A DNA stretch of 64,000 bases from Gammaproteobacteria bacterium (GCA_965237805.1 OZ250153.1:288001-352000), one strand, 5' to 3'; shown: positions 30,003-40,544, counted from the first letter of the stretch. The notes: a model not told the origin generated them from the sequence alone. A program made the numbers and translations.

Positions 30003-30887
30003 ATGAAAATCGGTATGTGCCTGCCCTATATGAAGCCCAACATGGATCGCGAGACCCTGCACCAGTGGTGCAAGCGCCTCGACGAGGGGCCTTTCGACAG
30101 CGCCTCCTGCGGCGAGCGCATCACTGGCCCCACTTGGGATATGAGCATGATGATGAGTACCGCTGCCGCGCTCACCGAGCGTATCCGGCTGATCCCCTCG
30201 CTCTATGTGCTGCCGATGCACAACGCCGTCTGGGCCGCCAAGGAGATCGCCACACTGGATCAGCTGTCCAATGGACGGGTGACAGTGACGGTGGGTGTCG
30301 GCGGGCGACCGCGTGACTACCGCGCCGTCGGCGCGCCGTGGGCCAAGCGCCACCAGCGCATGGATGAGCAGATCGCCGAGATGCGGCGCATCTGGAGCGC
30401 TGAGCCACCCTTTGAAAAAGCCGACCCAGTGGGGCCGCCACCGATGCAGGAGGGCGGGCCGCCGATCCTGATCGGCGCGATGGGGCCTAAAAGTATGCGC
30501 CGCGGTGCCGAGTGGGCCGACGGTGCCTATGTTTTCTCCTGCAACGGCGAGCGCGGCGAGCTCAAGGGCATGCTGGACATGGCGGAGAATGCCTGGCAAG
30601 AGGCCGGGCACGGCAAGCGCCCCTACCGCATGGTCGGCTTTTGGTACTCGCTGGCGGACGACGGCTTGGCGCGACTCAAGAAATATGTCTACGACTATAT
30701 GAGCAACCAGAGCCCCGAGATCGCCCAGCTGATGGCCGACAGCGTCGGGCGAGCGACACCAGATGCGGTGCGCGAGGCCATCGATATCGCCGAGGAGATC
30801 GGTGCCGACGAACTGGCGCTCAATGCGGCCACCGCCGACATCGAGGAAGTGGATCGCATGGCGGAGCTACTGGCCAAGCGGGGCTGA
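30003..30887 (+). CDS. LLM-class oxidoreductase (flavin- or F420-dependent)
   Basis: MKIGMCLP, GERI, AAALTERI, AKEIATLDQLSNGR...GVGGR..DY, GPPILIG, WADG. Confidence 0.85.
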   Translation: MKIGMCLPYMKPNMDRETLHQWCKRLDEGPFDSASCGERITGPTWDMSMMMSTAAALTERIRLIPSLYVLPMHNAVWAAKEIATLDQLSNGRVTVTVGVGGRPRDYRAVGAPWAKRHQRMDEQIAEMRRIWSAEPPFEKADPVGPPPMQEGGPPILIGAMGPKSMRRGAEWADGAYVFSCNGERGELKGMLDMAENAWQEAGHGKRPYRMVGFWYSLADDGLARLKKYVYDYMSNQSPEIAQLMADSVGRATPDAVREAIDIAEEIGADELALNAATADIEEVDRMAELLAKRG

Positions 30888-30904
30888 GCGCCCCCACCGA
30901 GGGG

Positions 30905-31504
30905 CTACTGCCCGAAGCGCCCTCCACCCCCCTCCAAGTAGGCGACTTCCTCCGGGGTGGATTGCCGCCCCAGCACCGCATTGCGATGGGGGAAACGCCC
31001 GAAGCGGGCGATGATATCGCAGTGCTGGACAGCATAGTCGTGGGCAGTCTGCAAGAGCTCGACGCGCTCTGGTAGGCTATCGCGCAGAGCGGCGGACAGC
31101 GCCACGCAGCGCTCTTGGTCAGCCAGTGACTCACTGTGCTCCAGCGGCAGATAGAAAAATGTCCAGCACACTGGTGGCAGCGCTTGATCCTGCCCACTCC
31201 GCAGCCCCGCATGGCAGGCTGCAAGCGCCAGCGGGTCGCCAGCGAAGGCCGCCGCCGCGCCGCGGCGGGTGGCGCGGGTCATCTGGTCGAGCAGCAGGAT
31301 GTAGGCCAGCGCTCCGGTGGGTTCCTCGCGCCAAGCCTCCAAGTCCCCGGCCAGTGCCGCATCGATGGCCGCACCGAAGCGCTCGGACATCTCGGCGTCG
31401 TCCTCGGGGCGGCCCGCAAACCACAGGCGGCTTCTGTCCTCGGCGATCCAGCCGTCGTGGCACTCGCCGAACCAGTAGTCGAGGATGGGAGTGGGAGTGG
31501 GCAT
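30905..31504 (-). CDS. DUF924 family protein
   Basis: ILDYWFG, ILLLDQ, FFYLPLEHSE...Q, IIARFGRFPHRN..LGR.STPEE. Confidence 0.92.
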   Translation of the reverse strand: MPTPTPILDYWFGECHDGWIAEDRSRLWFAGRPEDDAEMSERFGAAIDAALAGDLEAWREEPTGALAYILLLDQMTRATRRGAAAAFAGDPLALAACHAGLRSGQDQALPPVCWTFFYLPLEHSESLADQERCVALSAALRDSLPERVELLQTAHDYAVQHCDIIARFGRFPHRNAVLGRQSTPEEVAYLEGGGGRFGQ

Positions 31505-31526
31505 GGGGGCGATGGCGGCAAGGGTG

Positions 31527-33832
31527 TCAGGGGCGCAGTCGGGATTGTAATGCCAGGGCCTGTTGCAGGGCCTGTTCAGCTACCGCTATACGCGCTTCGA
31601 TGTGCGCCGCCCTGAACACTTCCAGCGCTAAGGTGAAGGCGTTGACCGCCTGATCCGCATAACCCACAGCTTCAGTGCGCTCAGCTAACACATAAAAAGC
31701 CCTCCCCAAATTGTTCTGGGTTGCCGCCCAGTCCAGCGGCACCCGCTCCCGCGTCCTTTCCTGCAACGCCTCGCGATACGCCGACACCGCCTCCTCCAAC
31801 CGCTCCGACGCCCCCTCCCTTGACCCCAGCTCGCTCAGCGCAACGCCCAAATTGTTCTGGGTTGCCGCCCAGTCCAGCGGCACCCGCTCCCGCGTCCTTT
31901 CCTGCAACGCCTCGCGATACGCCGACACCGCCTCCTCCAACCGCTCCGACGCTCCCTCCCTTGACCCCAGCTCGATCAGCGCATTGCCCAAATTGTTCTG
32001 GGTTGCCGCCCAGTCCAGCGGCACCCGCTCCCGCGTCCTTTCCTGCAACGCCTCGCGATACGCCGACACCGCCTCCTCCAACCGCTCCGACGCCCCCTCC
32101 CTTGACCCCAGCTCGCTCAGCGCAACGCCCAAATTGTTCTGGGTTGCCGCCCAGTCCAGCGGCACCCGCTCCCGCGTCCTTTCCTGCAACGCCTCGCGAT
32201 ACGCCGACACCGCCTCCTCCAACCGCTCCGACGCCCCCTCCCTTGACCCCAGCTCGCTCAGCGCAACGCCCAAATTGTTCTGGGTTGCCGCCCAGTCCAG
32301 CGGCACCCGCTCCCGCGTCCTTTCCTGCAACGCCTCGCGATACGCCGACACCGCCTCCTCCAACCGCTCCGACGCCCCCTCCCTTGACCCCAGCTCGCTC
32401 AGCGCAACGCCCAAATTGTTCTGGGTTGCCGCCCATTTCAGCGGCACCCGCTCCCGCGTCCTTTCCTGCAACGCCTCGCGATACGCCGACACCGCATCCT
32501 CCAACCGCTCCGACGCCCCCTCCCTTGACCCCAGCTCGCTCAGCGCATTGCCCAAATTGTTCTGGGTTGCCGCCCAGTCCAGCGGCACCCGCTCCCGCGT
32601 CCTTTCCTGCAACGCCTCGCGATACGCCGACACCGCATCCTCCAACCGCCCCGACGCTCCCTCCCTTGACCCCAGCTCGATCAGCGCAACGCCCAAATTG
32701 TTCTGGGTTGCCGCCCAGTCCAGCGGCACCCGCTCCCGCGTGCATTCCTGCAACGCCTCGCGATACGCCGACACCGCCTCCTCCAACCGCTCCGACACCC
32801 CCTCCCTTGACCCCAGCTCGATCAGCGCATTGCCCAAATTGTTCTGAGTTGCCGCCCATTGCAGCGGCGCCCGCTCCCGCGTGTATTCCTTCAACGCCTC
32901 GTGATGCGCCGACACCGCCTCCTCCAACCGCTCCGACGCCCCCTCCCTTGACCCCAGCTCTCTCAGCGCAACGCCCAAATTGTTCTGGGTTGCCGCCCAT
33001 TTCAGCGGCACCCGCTCCCGCGTCCTTTCCTGCAACGCTTTGCGGTAATATTGTTCTGCTTTTTTGAGGAAAGAAGCATCTGCTCGCAACGAGCCAAGTC
33101 TCAGGCAAGCATCGCCTAATCCATGTGCTGCAGACGCATCGCCATCCACACCAGACACAAGGCGCTCCATAGCTGTGATGGCTGCTTGCAATTTTTTTGC
33201 CAATAAATGACCTTGCTTATCAGTTTGAGGCTGAATACGAGATAGCGCCACCATCACTAACTGCTGCTTTACATCTGCTGTGAAGCCGGATTCTGCTGGG
33301 AAGTATTGATCCTGCACACTTAATGTGAAAGGTTGTCTGTCCAAGGCATCATCAGCACCTGTTGCCGCTAAGTTAGCACCTGTTCTCGCTAGGAACGCCA
33401 GCTGGTATGCCGCCTTACCATTATCCGCATCAACGAGCTTCCCTACCACCAAAAATCCGCATGCCAACGCTCCAAGAGTGAAAATCCACTCTTCTGTTCG
33501 GCAGCGATAACATCAGAACGGGAAGCTCCAACCCGCCGCACCAATTTCGCTGATCTGTAATGTTCGTGTGGAGCTAATATGGGGTCATCAAAAGCCTCGT
33601 TGAGGCGCTTACCGCCCTCCCCTTGGTAATCATTGTCCAGCCAAGCCACCACTATCCGAAAACAGGATTCATCTTGTCCCCTAGGTGGAAAACCATGCCT
33701 CTTGTTTTCCCACCATAATAAACATCGCTGTGGGGAGACAATGATTATTTTCAACAATCCCGCCATCCACGATGCCGCAAAGATAGCCACAGCGCCCAGC
33801 ATCCATGTGCCCATCATGCAACCATCCGCCAA
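31527..33832 (-). CDS. Membrane-anchored TPR-repeat protein, split by a 1-nt frameshift near 33451-33455
   Basis: ORF 33832-33443 (TM helix, RIVVAWLDNDY) joins ORF 33467-31527 (10 WAATQNNLG repeats) if the T5 run were T6. Confidence 0.8.
31706..33038 (-). repeat. Coding tandem array of ~9.5 near-identical 141-bp (47-aa) TPR units
   Basis: ttgttctg(g/a)gttgccgccca recurs every 141 bp from 31711 to 32980 (10 copies). Confidence 0.97.
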
Positions 33833-33933
33833 TCTACAGACGACCCTTTTGAGATCTGATCATCCATCCGTCTAATCCCCAAGTGCCACGCTCCGTTATA
33901 GAGTGGCTCTCCCAACCACACACCCCAGAAAAC

Positions 33934-35696
33934 CTACCCCACCTCCTCCACCCACTCCAACACCAGCTGCAACCTTTCCTCCCCCGAAACTCGTTCAGAT
34001 CCAGTTGATAGGCTGCCCGTAATCGTTGCGGAAATTGCTTGCCGTTCAGGCCGCGTTCGGCGGCTCTAAACAGCACTCCCTCCACCACTGGCCCGCCTGC
34101 CTCGGGCTCTAAACTCAGACGAAAATGCTCGCCTTTCTGCCCCAACGCTCGGCTGCGCAAGACACGAAAACAACCGTCGAATACCGGTTCGGGAAAGCGC
34201 TGCCCCCACGGTCCGGCGTAACGCAGTTGCCGTGCGGTCTCCAAATTAAATGCACTCGCTGTCAATTCGCCATCGCTCCACACCACCGCACGCAGGTCAT
34301 CGGCATCCAAATGTCGCCGTGCCACGGCGTCGAAGGCGGCTTCGAAATGCGCCAATCCGGCGTGCTCCATCGTCAGCCCCGCCGCCGCAGCGTGGCCGCC
34401 GAAACGCTGCATCAACCCCGGCTGCAAGACATCGATTTCGGCCAGCGCATCGCGCAGATGGAAGCCGGGGATGGAGCGTCCGGAACCGCGCAACAGGCCG
34501 CCATCCACCGGGGCCAACACGAATACCGGCCGGTGGTGACGCTCTTTCAGCCTAGCAGCTAACAAGCCGATAACGCCGGCGTGGAAGTCGTCGCGGCACA
34601 GGCACAAACCCCATGGCAACGCAGCTCCCTGCTGCTGCTCGGCGCGCTCTAAGGCGGCCAGCGCTCTCTGCGCCTCGCGTTGCATCCCCGCCTCGATGCG
34701 GCGGCGGCGCTGGTTCAGCCCGCGCAGGCGGGTGGCGATTTCGCGCGCCGCCGATAGCTCCGTGCTCAGCAAACAGTCGATGCCAATGCCGATGTCGTCC
34801 AGTCGCCCGGCGGCGTTCAGCAGCGGTGCCACGCCGAAGGACAAATCGCTGGCCACTACCCGACCCGGTAGCCTCCCGCCGATGCGCAGCAGCTCGTCGA
34901 TGCCGGGGCGGGCACGGCCAGCGCGGATGCGTTGCAGGCCCTGATGCACCAAGATGCGGTTGGCTTGCTCCAGCGGCACCATGTCGGCCACGGTGCCAAC
35001 CGCCACCAAGTCCAAATAGTCGGTCATGGCTGGCTCGACCCGGTCGGCGGTGAAATGCTCGCGACGCCGCAGGCGCGCGCGCAACGCAGCCATCAAGTAG
35101 AAAGCCACACCGACACCGGCCAAGCTTTTAGCAGGGAATGGACAGCCCGGCTGGTTGGGGTTGATGATGGCGGCCGCTGTCGGCAACTCGGGACCGGCGA
35201 GGTGGTGGTCGGTGATGACCAGCGATACGCCCGCAGTGGCGAGCTGCGCTGCCGCATCGACGGCGGTGATGCCGTTGTCCACCGTGATGACGAGATCCGG
35301 GTTGCGCGCTAATAGCCGCGGCAGCACTTCCGGACACAGCCCGTAGCCGTCGGAGAAGCGATTGGGCACCATGTACTCCACCGCCTCGGCCCCGAACGCA
35401 CGCAGCGCCGACACCACCAACGTACAGGCGGTGGCACCGTCGGCATCGTAGTCACCCAGCACCAAGATGCGTCGCCCCGCGCGCAGCGCCTCGTCCAATA
35501 CGGCGGCTCCATCGTCTAGACCGAGCATCTCTGGTGCGGGCAGTTCGCTCAACTCACAGCTGAGCTCGGCGTCACTGCAGATGCCTCGGCGGTGGTAGAG
35601 CTCGCGCAACAGGGGTGGCAGCTGTGCCCCCCAAGCGGTGGCATCCACCCCGGTGGGCTGGTCGCGACGGCAGATGACCGAGGCCTTAGACATCAC
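33934..35696 (-). CDS. recJ: ssDNA-specific exonuclease RecJ (apparent 1-nt frameshift near the 3' end)
   Basis: GDYDADGA, ITVDNGI, TDHH, GTVADMVPL, NAAGRL, GSGRS, FGGHAAAAG, PWGQRFPEP; canonical LQLVLEW tail is in a shifted frame. Confidence 0.93.
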
Positions 35697-37117
35697 GGCG
35701 ACTCGGCGGCCTCTACACGCTCGCGGATGCAGCGGCGCACCGCATCCAGCTCGGCTGGTAACTCGATCAGCCTCTCCTCGCGCCCGGACAACGCGGCCAA
35801 GGCTGGCGGCAGCGGCGGTGCCTCACCGATGGCGCGCTCCAAAGCCTCGCTGAACTTGCCGGGATGGGCGGTGGCCAAGCTGACCAAGGGCAGACCGTCG
35901 ATGCGCTGGCGGCGACCAGCGGCCAGCGCAATGGCGCTGTGCGGATCGAGCAGATAAGCCTGTGTGCGCCAAACTTCGGCGAGGGTCTGACACATCTCCT
36001 CATCGTCGATGGCGGCGCTGGCGAAGGACTCCTTGGCTCGCGCCAGCATCCCCGACGGCACATCGATGCTACCGTCGCGCTGGAAGTGCGCCATCCAGTC
36101 GGCCACAGCCGCTCCGTCGCGCCCACAGAGGTCAAAGAGCAGACGCTCGAAATTGCTGGCCACGGCGATATCCATGCTCGGTGACAGGGTGCGCTGCACT
36201 TTGCCGCGCTGGTAGCGACCGGTCTGGAAGAAGCCATGCAGCACCGCATTGCTGTTGGTGCCGACGATGAGCCGCCGCACCGGCAAGCCCATGCGGCGCG
36301 CCAAGTAACCGGCAAAGATGTCGCCAAAGTTGCCAGTCGGCACCGAGAAGATCAGTCCCTCAGCCGGGGCACCCAAATCGATCCAAGCCGAGAAGTAATA
36401 GGGTATCTGAGCCATGATACGCGCCCAATTGATGGAATTGGCCGCCACCAAGCGATGCCCGGACGGCACGAAGCCAGCATCGGAAAAGCAGGCTTTGACG
36501 ATGGCTTGACAGTCATCGAAGGTGCCGGCCATCGCGAGGTTGTGGACATTGGCACCGGGGGCTGTCGTCATCTGTAGGCGCTGCATCTCCGAGACGCGCC
36601 CAACGGGGTGCAGGATAAAAATCTGGGTGCGGGGGCTGTGGCGGCAACCTTCGATGGCAGCCGAGCCGGTGTCGCCGGAAGTGGCTCCCAAGACCACCGC
36701 GTGCTCGTCTCGGGCCCGCAATTCGCGATCCAGCAGGCGGCCGATGAACTGCAGGGCGTAATCCTTGAATGACAGGGTGGGGCCGTGGAACAGCTCGAGA
36801 ATATGCTCGCCACCGTCGAGGGCGCGCAGTGGCGCGACCTGCGGGTCGCTGAAATGCTCGTAGCTAGCGCGCAATAGCTCGCGCAGTTCATCCCCCGACA
36901 CCGCATCGCCGAGAAAGGGTTCGATCAGACGTGCCGCCCGCTCTGCATAATCGCAATCGCCCCAGCGAGCCAGCTCGGCCAAGTCCAGCTCGGGCAAGCG
37001 ATCTGGCACATAGAGGCCGCCGTCCGGGGCGAGGCCGGTCAGCAGCACCTCGCTAAAAGTCGTCGCAGGCGCCGCGCCGCGCGTACTCAGATAACGCAAT
37101 ACCGGGGTAGCACTCAT
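35693..37117 (-). CDS. thrC: Threonine synthase
   Basis: YLSTRG, GLAPDGGLYVP, ELFHGPTLSFKD, ATSGDTGSAA, VPTGNFGD, LATAHPGKF. Confidence 0.96.
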   Translation of the reverse strand: MSATPVLRYLSTRGAAPATTFSEVLLTGLAPDGGLYVPDRLPELDLAELARWGDCDYAERAARLIEPFLGDAVSGDELRELLRASYEHFSDPQVAPLRALDGGEHILELFHGPTLSFKDYALQFIGRLLDRELRARDEHAVVLGATSGDTGSAAIEGCRHSPRTQIFILHPVGRVSEMQRLQMTTAPGANVHNLAMAGTFDDCQAIVKACFSDAGFVPSGHRLVAANSINWARIMAQIPYYFSAWIDLGAPAEGLIFSVPTGNFGDIFAGYLARRMGLPVRRLIVGTNSNAVLHGFFQTGRYQRGKVQRTLSPSMDIAVASNFERLLFDLCGRDGAAVADWMAHFQRDGSIDVPSGMLARAKESFASAAIDDEEMCQTLAEVWRTQAYLLDPHSAIALAAGRRQRIDGLPLVSLATAHPGKFSEALERAIGEAPPLPPALAALSGREERLIELPAELDAVRRCIRERVEAAESP

Positions 37118-38406
37118 GAAGCCGCCGCCCATGAATGCAATTCCTCTGCGCCCGCCTCGATGCGCAGGCAGCGCGAATCGAGTGCCGCAAAGCGAGCACC
37201 CAAATGCTCGGCCATCATGGCCCGCAACGCCTCGGCCTCAGTGTCTTGGCACGGGCGCAACAGCACTGCTACGGTGTCGTCACCGACGACTCTCGGAGCG
37301 GTCATGGCGACATCGGCAGGCAGTTGCCCAACCAGCTGAGCACAGAGCTCGGCCAGATCGACGCCGTCGGCGGCACACCACAGGCACTGTGGGCGCGGCG
37401 GCGGTGGCAACACGCGTAGCACAGCGTCCAGCGGCGGCAGTGGTGGCGCGCTGCTACCAGTGCAGAGATCCACCAGATCTGCCAACACCGCCGAGGCGGT
37501 GGCTTCGCCGCCAGCACCCGCCCCACAGCAGATCAACTCACCGACCAAGTCGCCGCGCAACAACACGACATTCTCGGTATCATCGGCGGCGGCGGCGAGG
37601 CGCACGATGGACTCGCTACCCCACAGCGGCAACAGCGCTGGAAATACCCCCATCACCACCCCCTGCTCGACGCGCTCGGCGATCGCCAATGGACGCAGGC
37701 GGCATTCCAACGCCTCGGCGACGGCGAAGTCGCGCGCGCTCAGCGCAACGATGCCGCGCCGTTGCGGCAAGGGGACATCCAGCGCCGTGCCAAAGGCTAA
37801 ACGAGCGAGGATGCGCAGCTTGTCGGCGGCATCGCTACCGTCTACATCCAGCGTCGGGTCGCGCTCGGCATAGCCCAGCTGCTGTGCCATTGCCACCGCC
37901 TCGTCATGGCCACAGAGCTTGCGCCGACGCTCACTCAACACAAAGTTACTGGTGCCATTGAGGATGCCGATGACAGCCTCGACGCGGTTGGCCACCAAGC
38001 CCTCTCGCAACAGCTTGATCACTGGCATACCACTGGCCACGGCCGCCTCGAAGCGCAACGCCACCCCAGTGCTGGCGGCACTGGCGAACAGCGCCTCACC
38101 GCTAGCCGACAACAGCGCCTTGTTCGCTGTCACCACATGTTTGCCAGCGGCGATGGCCGCAGCGATAAGCTCAGCGGCATCCCCGGTGCCTCCGAACAGT
38201 TCGACCACGACCTGCACATTGGGGTCAGCCACCAACTCTGCTGGCCGTTCACTGAAACACAACCCGGACAAATCGTGCCCCCGGGAGTGACGGGCGGCGA
38301 CGGCGCGCAAGACCAAACCCGGCGGGCAATCACCACCGCGCAGACGGCGCAACACGGCACTGCCGACAGTGCCGAGGCCGCATAGGCCGATGCCTAAAGT
38401 CGCCAT
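37114..38406 (-). CDS. hom: Homoserine dehydrogenase
   Basis: GLGTVG, KHVVTANKAL, FEAAVASGMP, GILNGTSNF, GYAE.DPT.DVDG.D, GAGAGGEATASAV. Confidence 0.93.
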   Translation of the reverse strand: MATLGIGLCGLGTVGSAVLRRLRGGDCPPGLVLRAVAARHSRGHDLSGLCFSERPAELVADPNVQVVVELFGGTGDAAELIAAAIAAGKHVVTANKALLSASGEALFASAASTGVALRFEAAVASGMPVIKLLREGLVANRVEAVIGILNGTSNFVLSERRRKLCGHDEAVAMAQQLGYAERDPTLDVDGSDAADKLRILARLAFGTALDVPLPQRRGIVALSARDFAVAEALECRLRPLAIAERVEQGVVMGVFPALLPLWGSESIVRLAAAADDTENVVLLRGDLVGELICCGAGAGGEATASAVLADLVDLCTGSSAPPLPPLDAVLRVLPPPPRPQCLWCAADGVDLAELCAQLVGQLPADVAMTAPRVVGDDTVAVLLRPCQDTEAEALRAMMAEHLGARFAALDSRCLRIEAGAEELHSWAAAS

Positions 38407-38416
38407 CAAAGTGGCA

Positions 38417-39244
38417 TTAGGGGCGCGAGGCCTCCGTCTGGCTTTGCGCCAGCATCGCTGCCATTTCAGCAGCGGGCACATAGCCGGGCACCACACGCCC
38501 GCTCTCCAACACCAGCGCCGGGGTGCCAGTGACACCGAGCTGCTCTCCCAACTGGAACTGCCGAGCCACCATCTGCCGATCACAGTCCTTGCGTTGCGGC
38601 ACATCAGCGATGGCAAGCTGATTGGCCTTGAGCCCGGTCAAGGCAGCCGTGGGATCCTTGGCGCACCAAGCGGCCACCGCCTTGGCGTGGGCTTTGGAGT
38701 CGAGGCCAGCACGCGGAAAGGCCAAGTAACTCACGGCAATACCGAGTTCGTTCAGCTGCGACATCTCACGGTGCAACAGTCGACAGTAACCACAATCGAT
38801 GTCGGTAAAGACCACGACTTCGTGCTTGACTTTGGCCGGACTGTAGCGAATATATTCGGCAGCCGGCACCCCGCTCAGCAAATTGCGCACCCAGCCCTGC
38901 CGGTGCTGGGCACTCAGATCTCTCACGCGCCCGTTGTCCAAGGCGAACATCTGCCCCACCAAGATCCGCGTGCCCTCGCGGTTGATATAGAGCCAGTTGC
39001 CATCTTCGGTAATGCCCTCGTAGAGGCCGAGCAACTCGCTGGGACGCAGCTGCTGCAGGCGCATCTCTGGCAGCGAGCGCTGCAGCTTGACCCGTAGCTG
39101 GGCACTCTCGTCGGCAGGCTGCTGAGCGATGGGCTCTGCCGACTGTGCCGATGCCGACGAAGCGAGCGACGACGCCACGATCAGACTGAGCGCCGTCAGT
39201 GTCAGCGCTGTGGCGCGGCCGATGACAAGAGCTAGGGCAAACAT
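38417..39244 (-). CDS. dsbC: Thiol:disulfide isomerase DsbC
   Basis: Signal peptide, VFTDIDCGYCRLLH, YLAFPR, GVTGTPA, PGYVP; follows xerD. Confidence 0.94.
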   Translation of the reverse strand: MFALALVIGRATALTLTALSLIVASSLASSASAQSAEPIAQQPADESAQLRVKLQRSLPEMRLQQLRPSELLGLYEGITEDGNWLYINREGTRILVGQMFALDNGRVRDLSAQHRQGWVRNLLSGVPAAEYIRYSPAKVKHEVVVFTDIDCGYCRLLHREMSQLNELGIAVSYLAFPRAGLDSKAHAKAVAAWCAKDPTAALTGLKANQLAIADVPQRKDCDRQMVARQFQLGEQLGVTGTPALVLESGRVVPGYVPAAEMAAMLAQSQTEASRP

Positions 39245-39254
39245 CGTGCACACC

Positions 39255-40160
39255 TCAGCCGCGGGGGTGGTGTTGTGCGTGCAACTCGCGCAAACGATGG
39301 CGCGCGACATGAGTATAAATCTGCGTCGTGCCGAGGTCGCGGTGTCCCAACAGCAATTGCACCACGCGCAAGTCGGCACCGTGATCCAACAGATGGGTGG
39401 CAAAGGAGTGGCGCAACGCATGGGGCGAAGGCAGCTGGCGCATGCCAATGCGCCGTGCGTACAGGCGCAGGCGGTACCAAAAAGCCTGGCGCGTCAGTGG
39501 CCGACCACTGCAACCGGGGAATAAGAACTGCCCGCCCCCACGGGCGATGCGCTCGCCGGATTCCTCCAGGTAGCGACGCAACCAGCGCAGGGCTTCCTCG
39601 CCGACCGGGACGATGCGCTCGCGCCGCCCCTTGCCAATCACGCGCACCAAGCCGCGATCGACATCGAGGCTGGCGAAACGCAAGCCCAACAGTTCGCTGA
39701 TACGCAGGCCGCTGGCGTAGAGCAACTCCAGCATGGCGCGGTCACGCAAGCCGATGGGGGTGTCGCTGTCCGGTGCCGCCAACAGCTGTTCGACTTCCGT
39801 CTCGCTCAAGCTGTGGGGCAAGGGCTGCCCGAGCCGGGGACTCTCGATTTTGGTGGTGGGATTCTCGGCGACGCGCCCTTCACGCAGCAACCAGCCGTAG
39901 AAACTGCGCAACGCCGATAACAGCCGAGCCGCCGAGCGCGCACTGCGGCCAGTGGCTGTGTAGTGATGCAAGTATTCGAGCACTGCAGCGCGGCCGATGG
40001 CATCCAAAACCTCGCCACGACCCTTGAGCCAATTGGAAAAACGACGCAGCTCGCCCTCGTAGGACGACAGCGTGTTATCGCTGAGGCCGCGCTCCTGCCA
40101 CAGTGAGTCCAGCCAATGCTCGATCACACCAGAAGCCATACCCTGCCCCACTGTCTTCAT
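39255..40160 (-). CDS. xerD: Site-specific tyrosine recombinase XerD
   Basis: ERGLSDNT, RDRAMLELLYASGLRISEL, TRQAFW, SPHALRHSFATHLL, TTQIYTHV, HHPRG. Confidence 0.95.
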   Translation of the reverse strand: MKTVGQGMASGVIEHWLDSLWQERGLSDNTLSSYEGELRRFSNWLKGRGEVLDAIGRAAVLEYLHHYTATGRSARSAARLLSALRSFYGWLLREGRVAENPTTKIESPRLGQPLPHSLSETEVEQLLAAPDSDTPIGLRDRAMLELLYASGLRISELLGLRFASLDVDRGLVRVIGKGRRERIVPVGEEALRWLRRYLEESGERIARGGGQFLFPGCSGRPLTRQAFWYRLRLYARRIGMRQLPSPHALRHSFATHLLDHGADLRVVQLLLGHRDLGTTQIYTHVARHRLRELHAQHHPRG

Positions 40161-40185
40161 GGCCAACGACGGGCATCAATTCGCT

Positions 40186-40539
40186 TCAACTCAAGCGCTC
40201 GCGGATGCGGGCGGCCCGGCCGCGCAACTGGCGCAGATAGTACAGCTTGGCACGCCGCACCCGACCGCGACGCTTGACTTCGATGCTGTGCAGCAGAGGA
40301 CTGTGGAGCTGAAAAACGCGCTCGACACCGACACCGTGGGAGATGCGGCGCACGGTGACAGAAGCGTTGAAGTCACGCCGCCGCCTAGCGATGACGACAC
40401 CTTCATAGGCTTGCAGGCGTTCGCGGCTGCCTTCTCGCACCCTCACCTGCACCACGACGGTATCGCCAGGGCCAAAATCCGGCAGATCATCTCGTCGCTG
40501 AGGTGCTTCGATGGCATCGATCAGGGGATGCTTGCTCAT
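40186..40539 (-). CDS. rplS: 50S ribosomal protein L19
   Basis: [37 protein letters not shown]. Confidence 0.97.
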   Translation of the reverse strand: MSKHPLIDAIEAPQRRDDLPDFGPGDTVVVQVRVREGSRERLQAYEGVVIARRRRDFNASVTVRRISHGVGVERVFQLHSPLLHSIEVKRRGRVRRAKLYYLRQLRGRAARIRERLS

Positions 40540-40544
40540 ATTTG

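Noticed and set aside
29322-30611. 429-aa minus-strand ORF, including the 29663-30002 gap
   Set aside because: Antisense to rubredoxin and the LLM gene with no recognisable motif; I could not support an ORF or RNA in the gap.
31706-33038. Repeat array as CRISPR or as a diversity-generating retroelement
   Set aside because: No unique spacers, the unit is a multiple of three and coding, and no cas or reverse transcriptase gene lies in the window.
31681-33108. Long alternative-frame ORFs (Gly/Ala-rich 475 aa, Ser-rich 378 aa, Pro-rich 448 aa)
   Set aside because: Shadows of the in-frame 141-bp repeat: a stop-free unit is stop-free in every copy. Only the TPR frame extends sensibly beyond the array.
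39255-40160. Tyrosine recombinase as a mobile-element integrase
   Set aside because: Sequence (TRQAFW, HHPRG) and the rplS-xerD-dsbC context identify housekeeping XerD.
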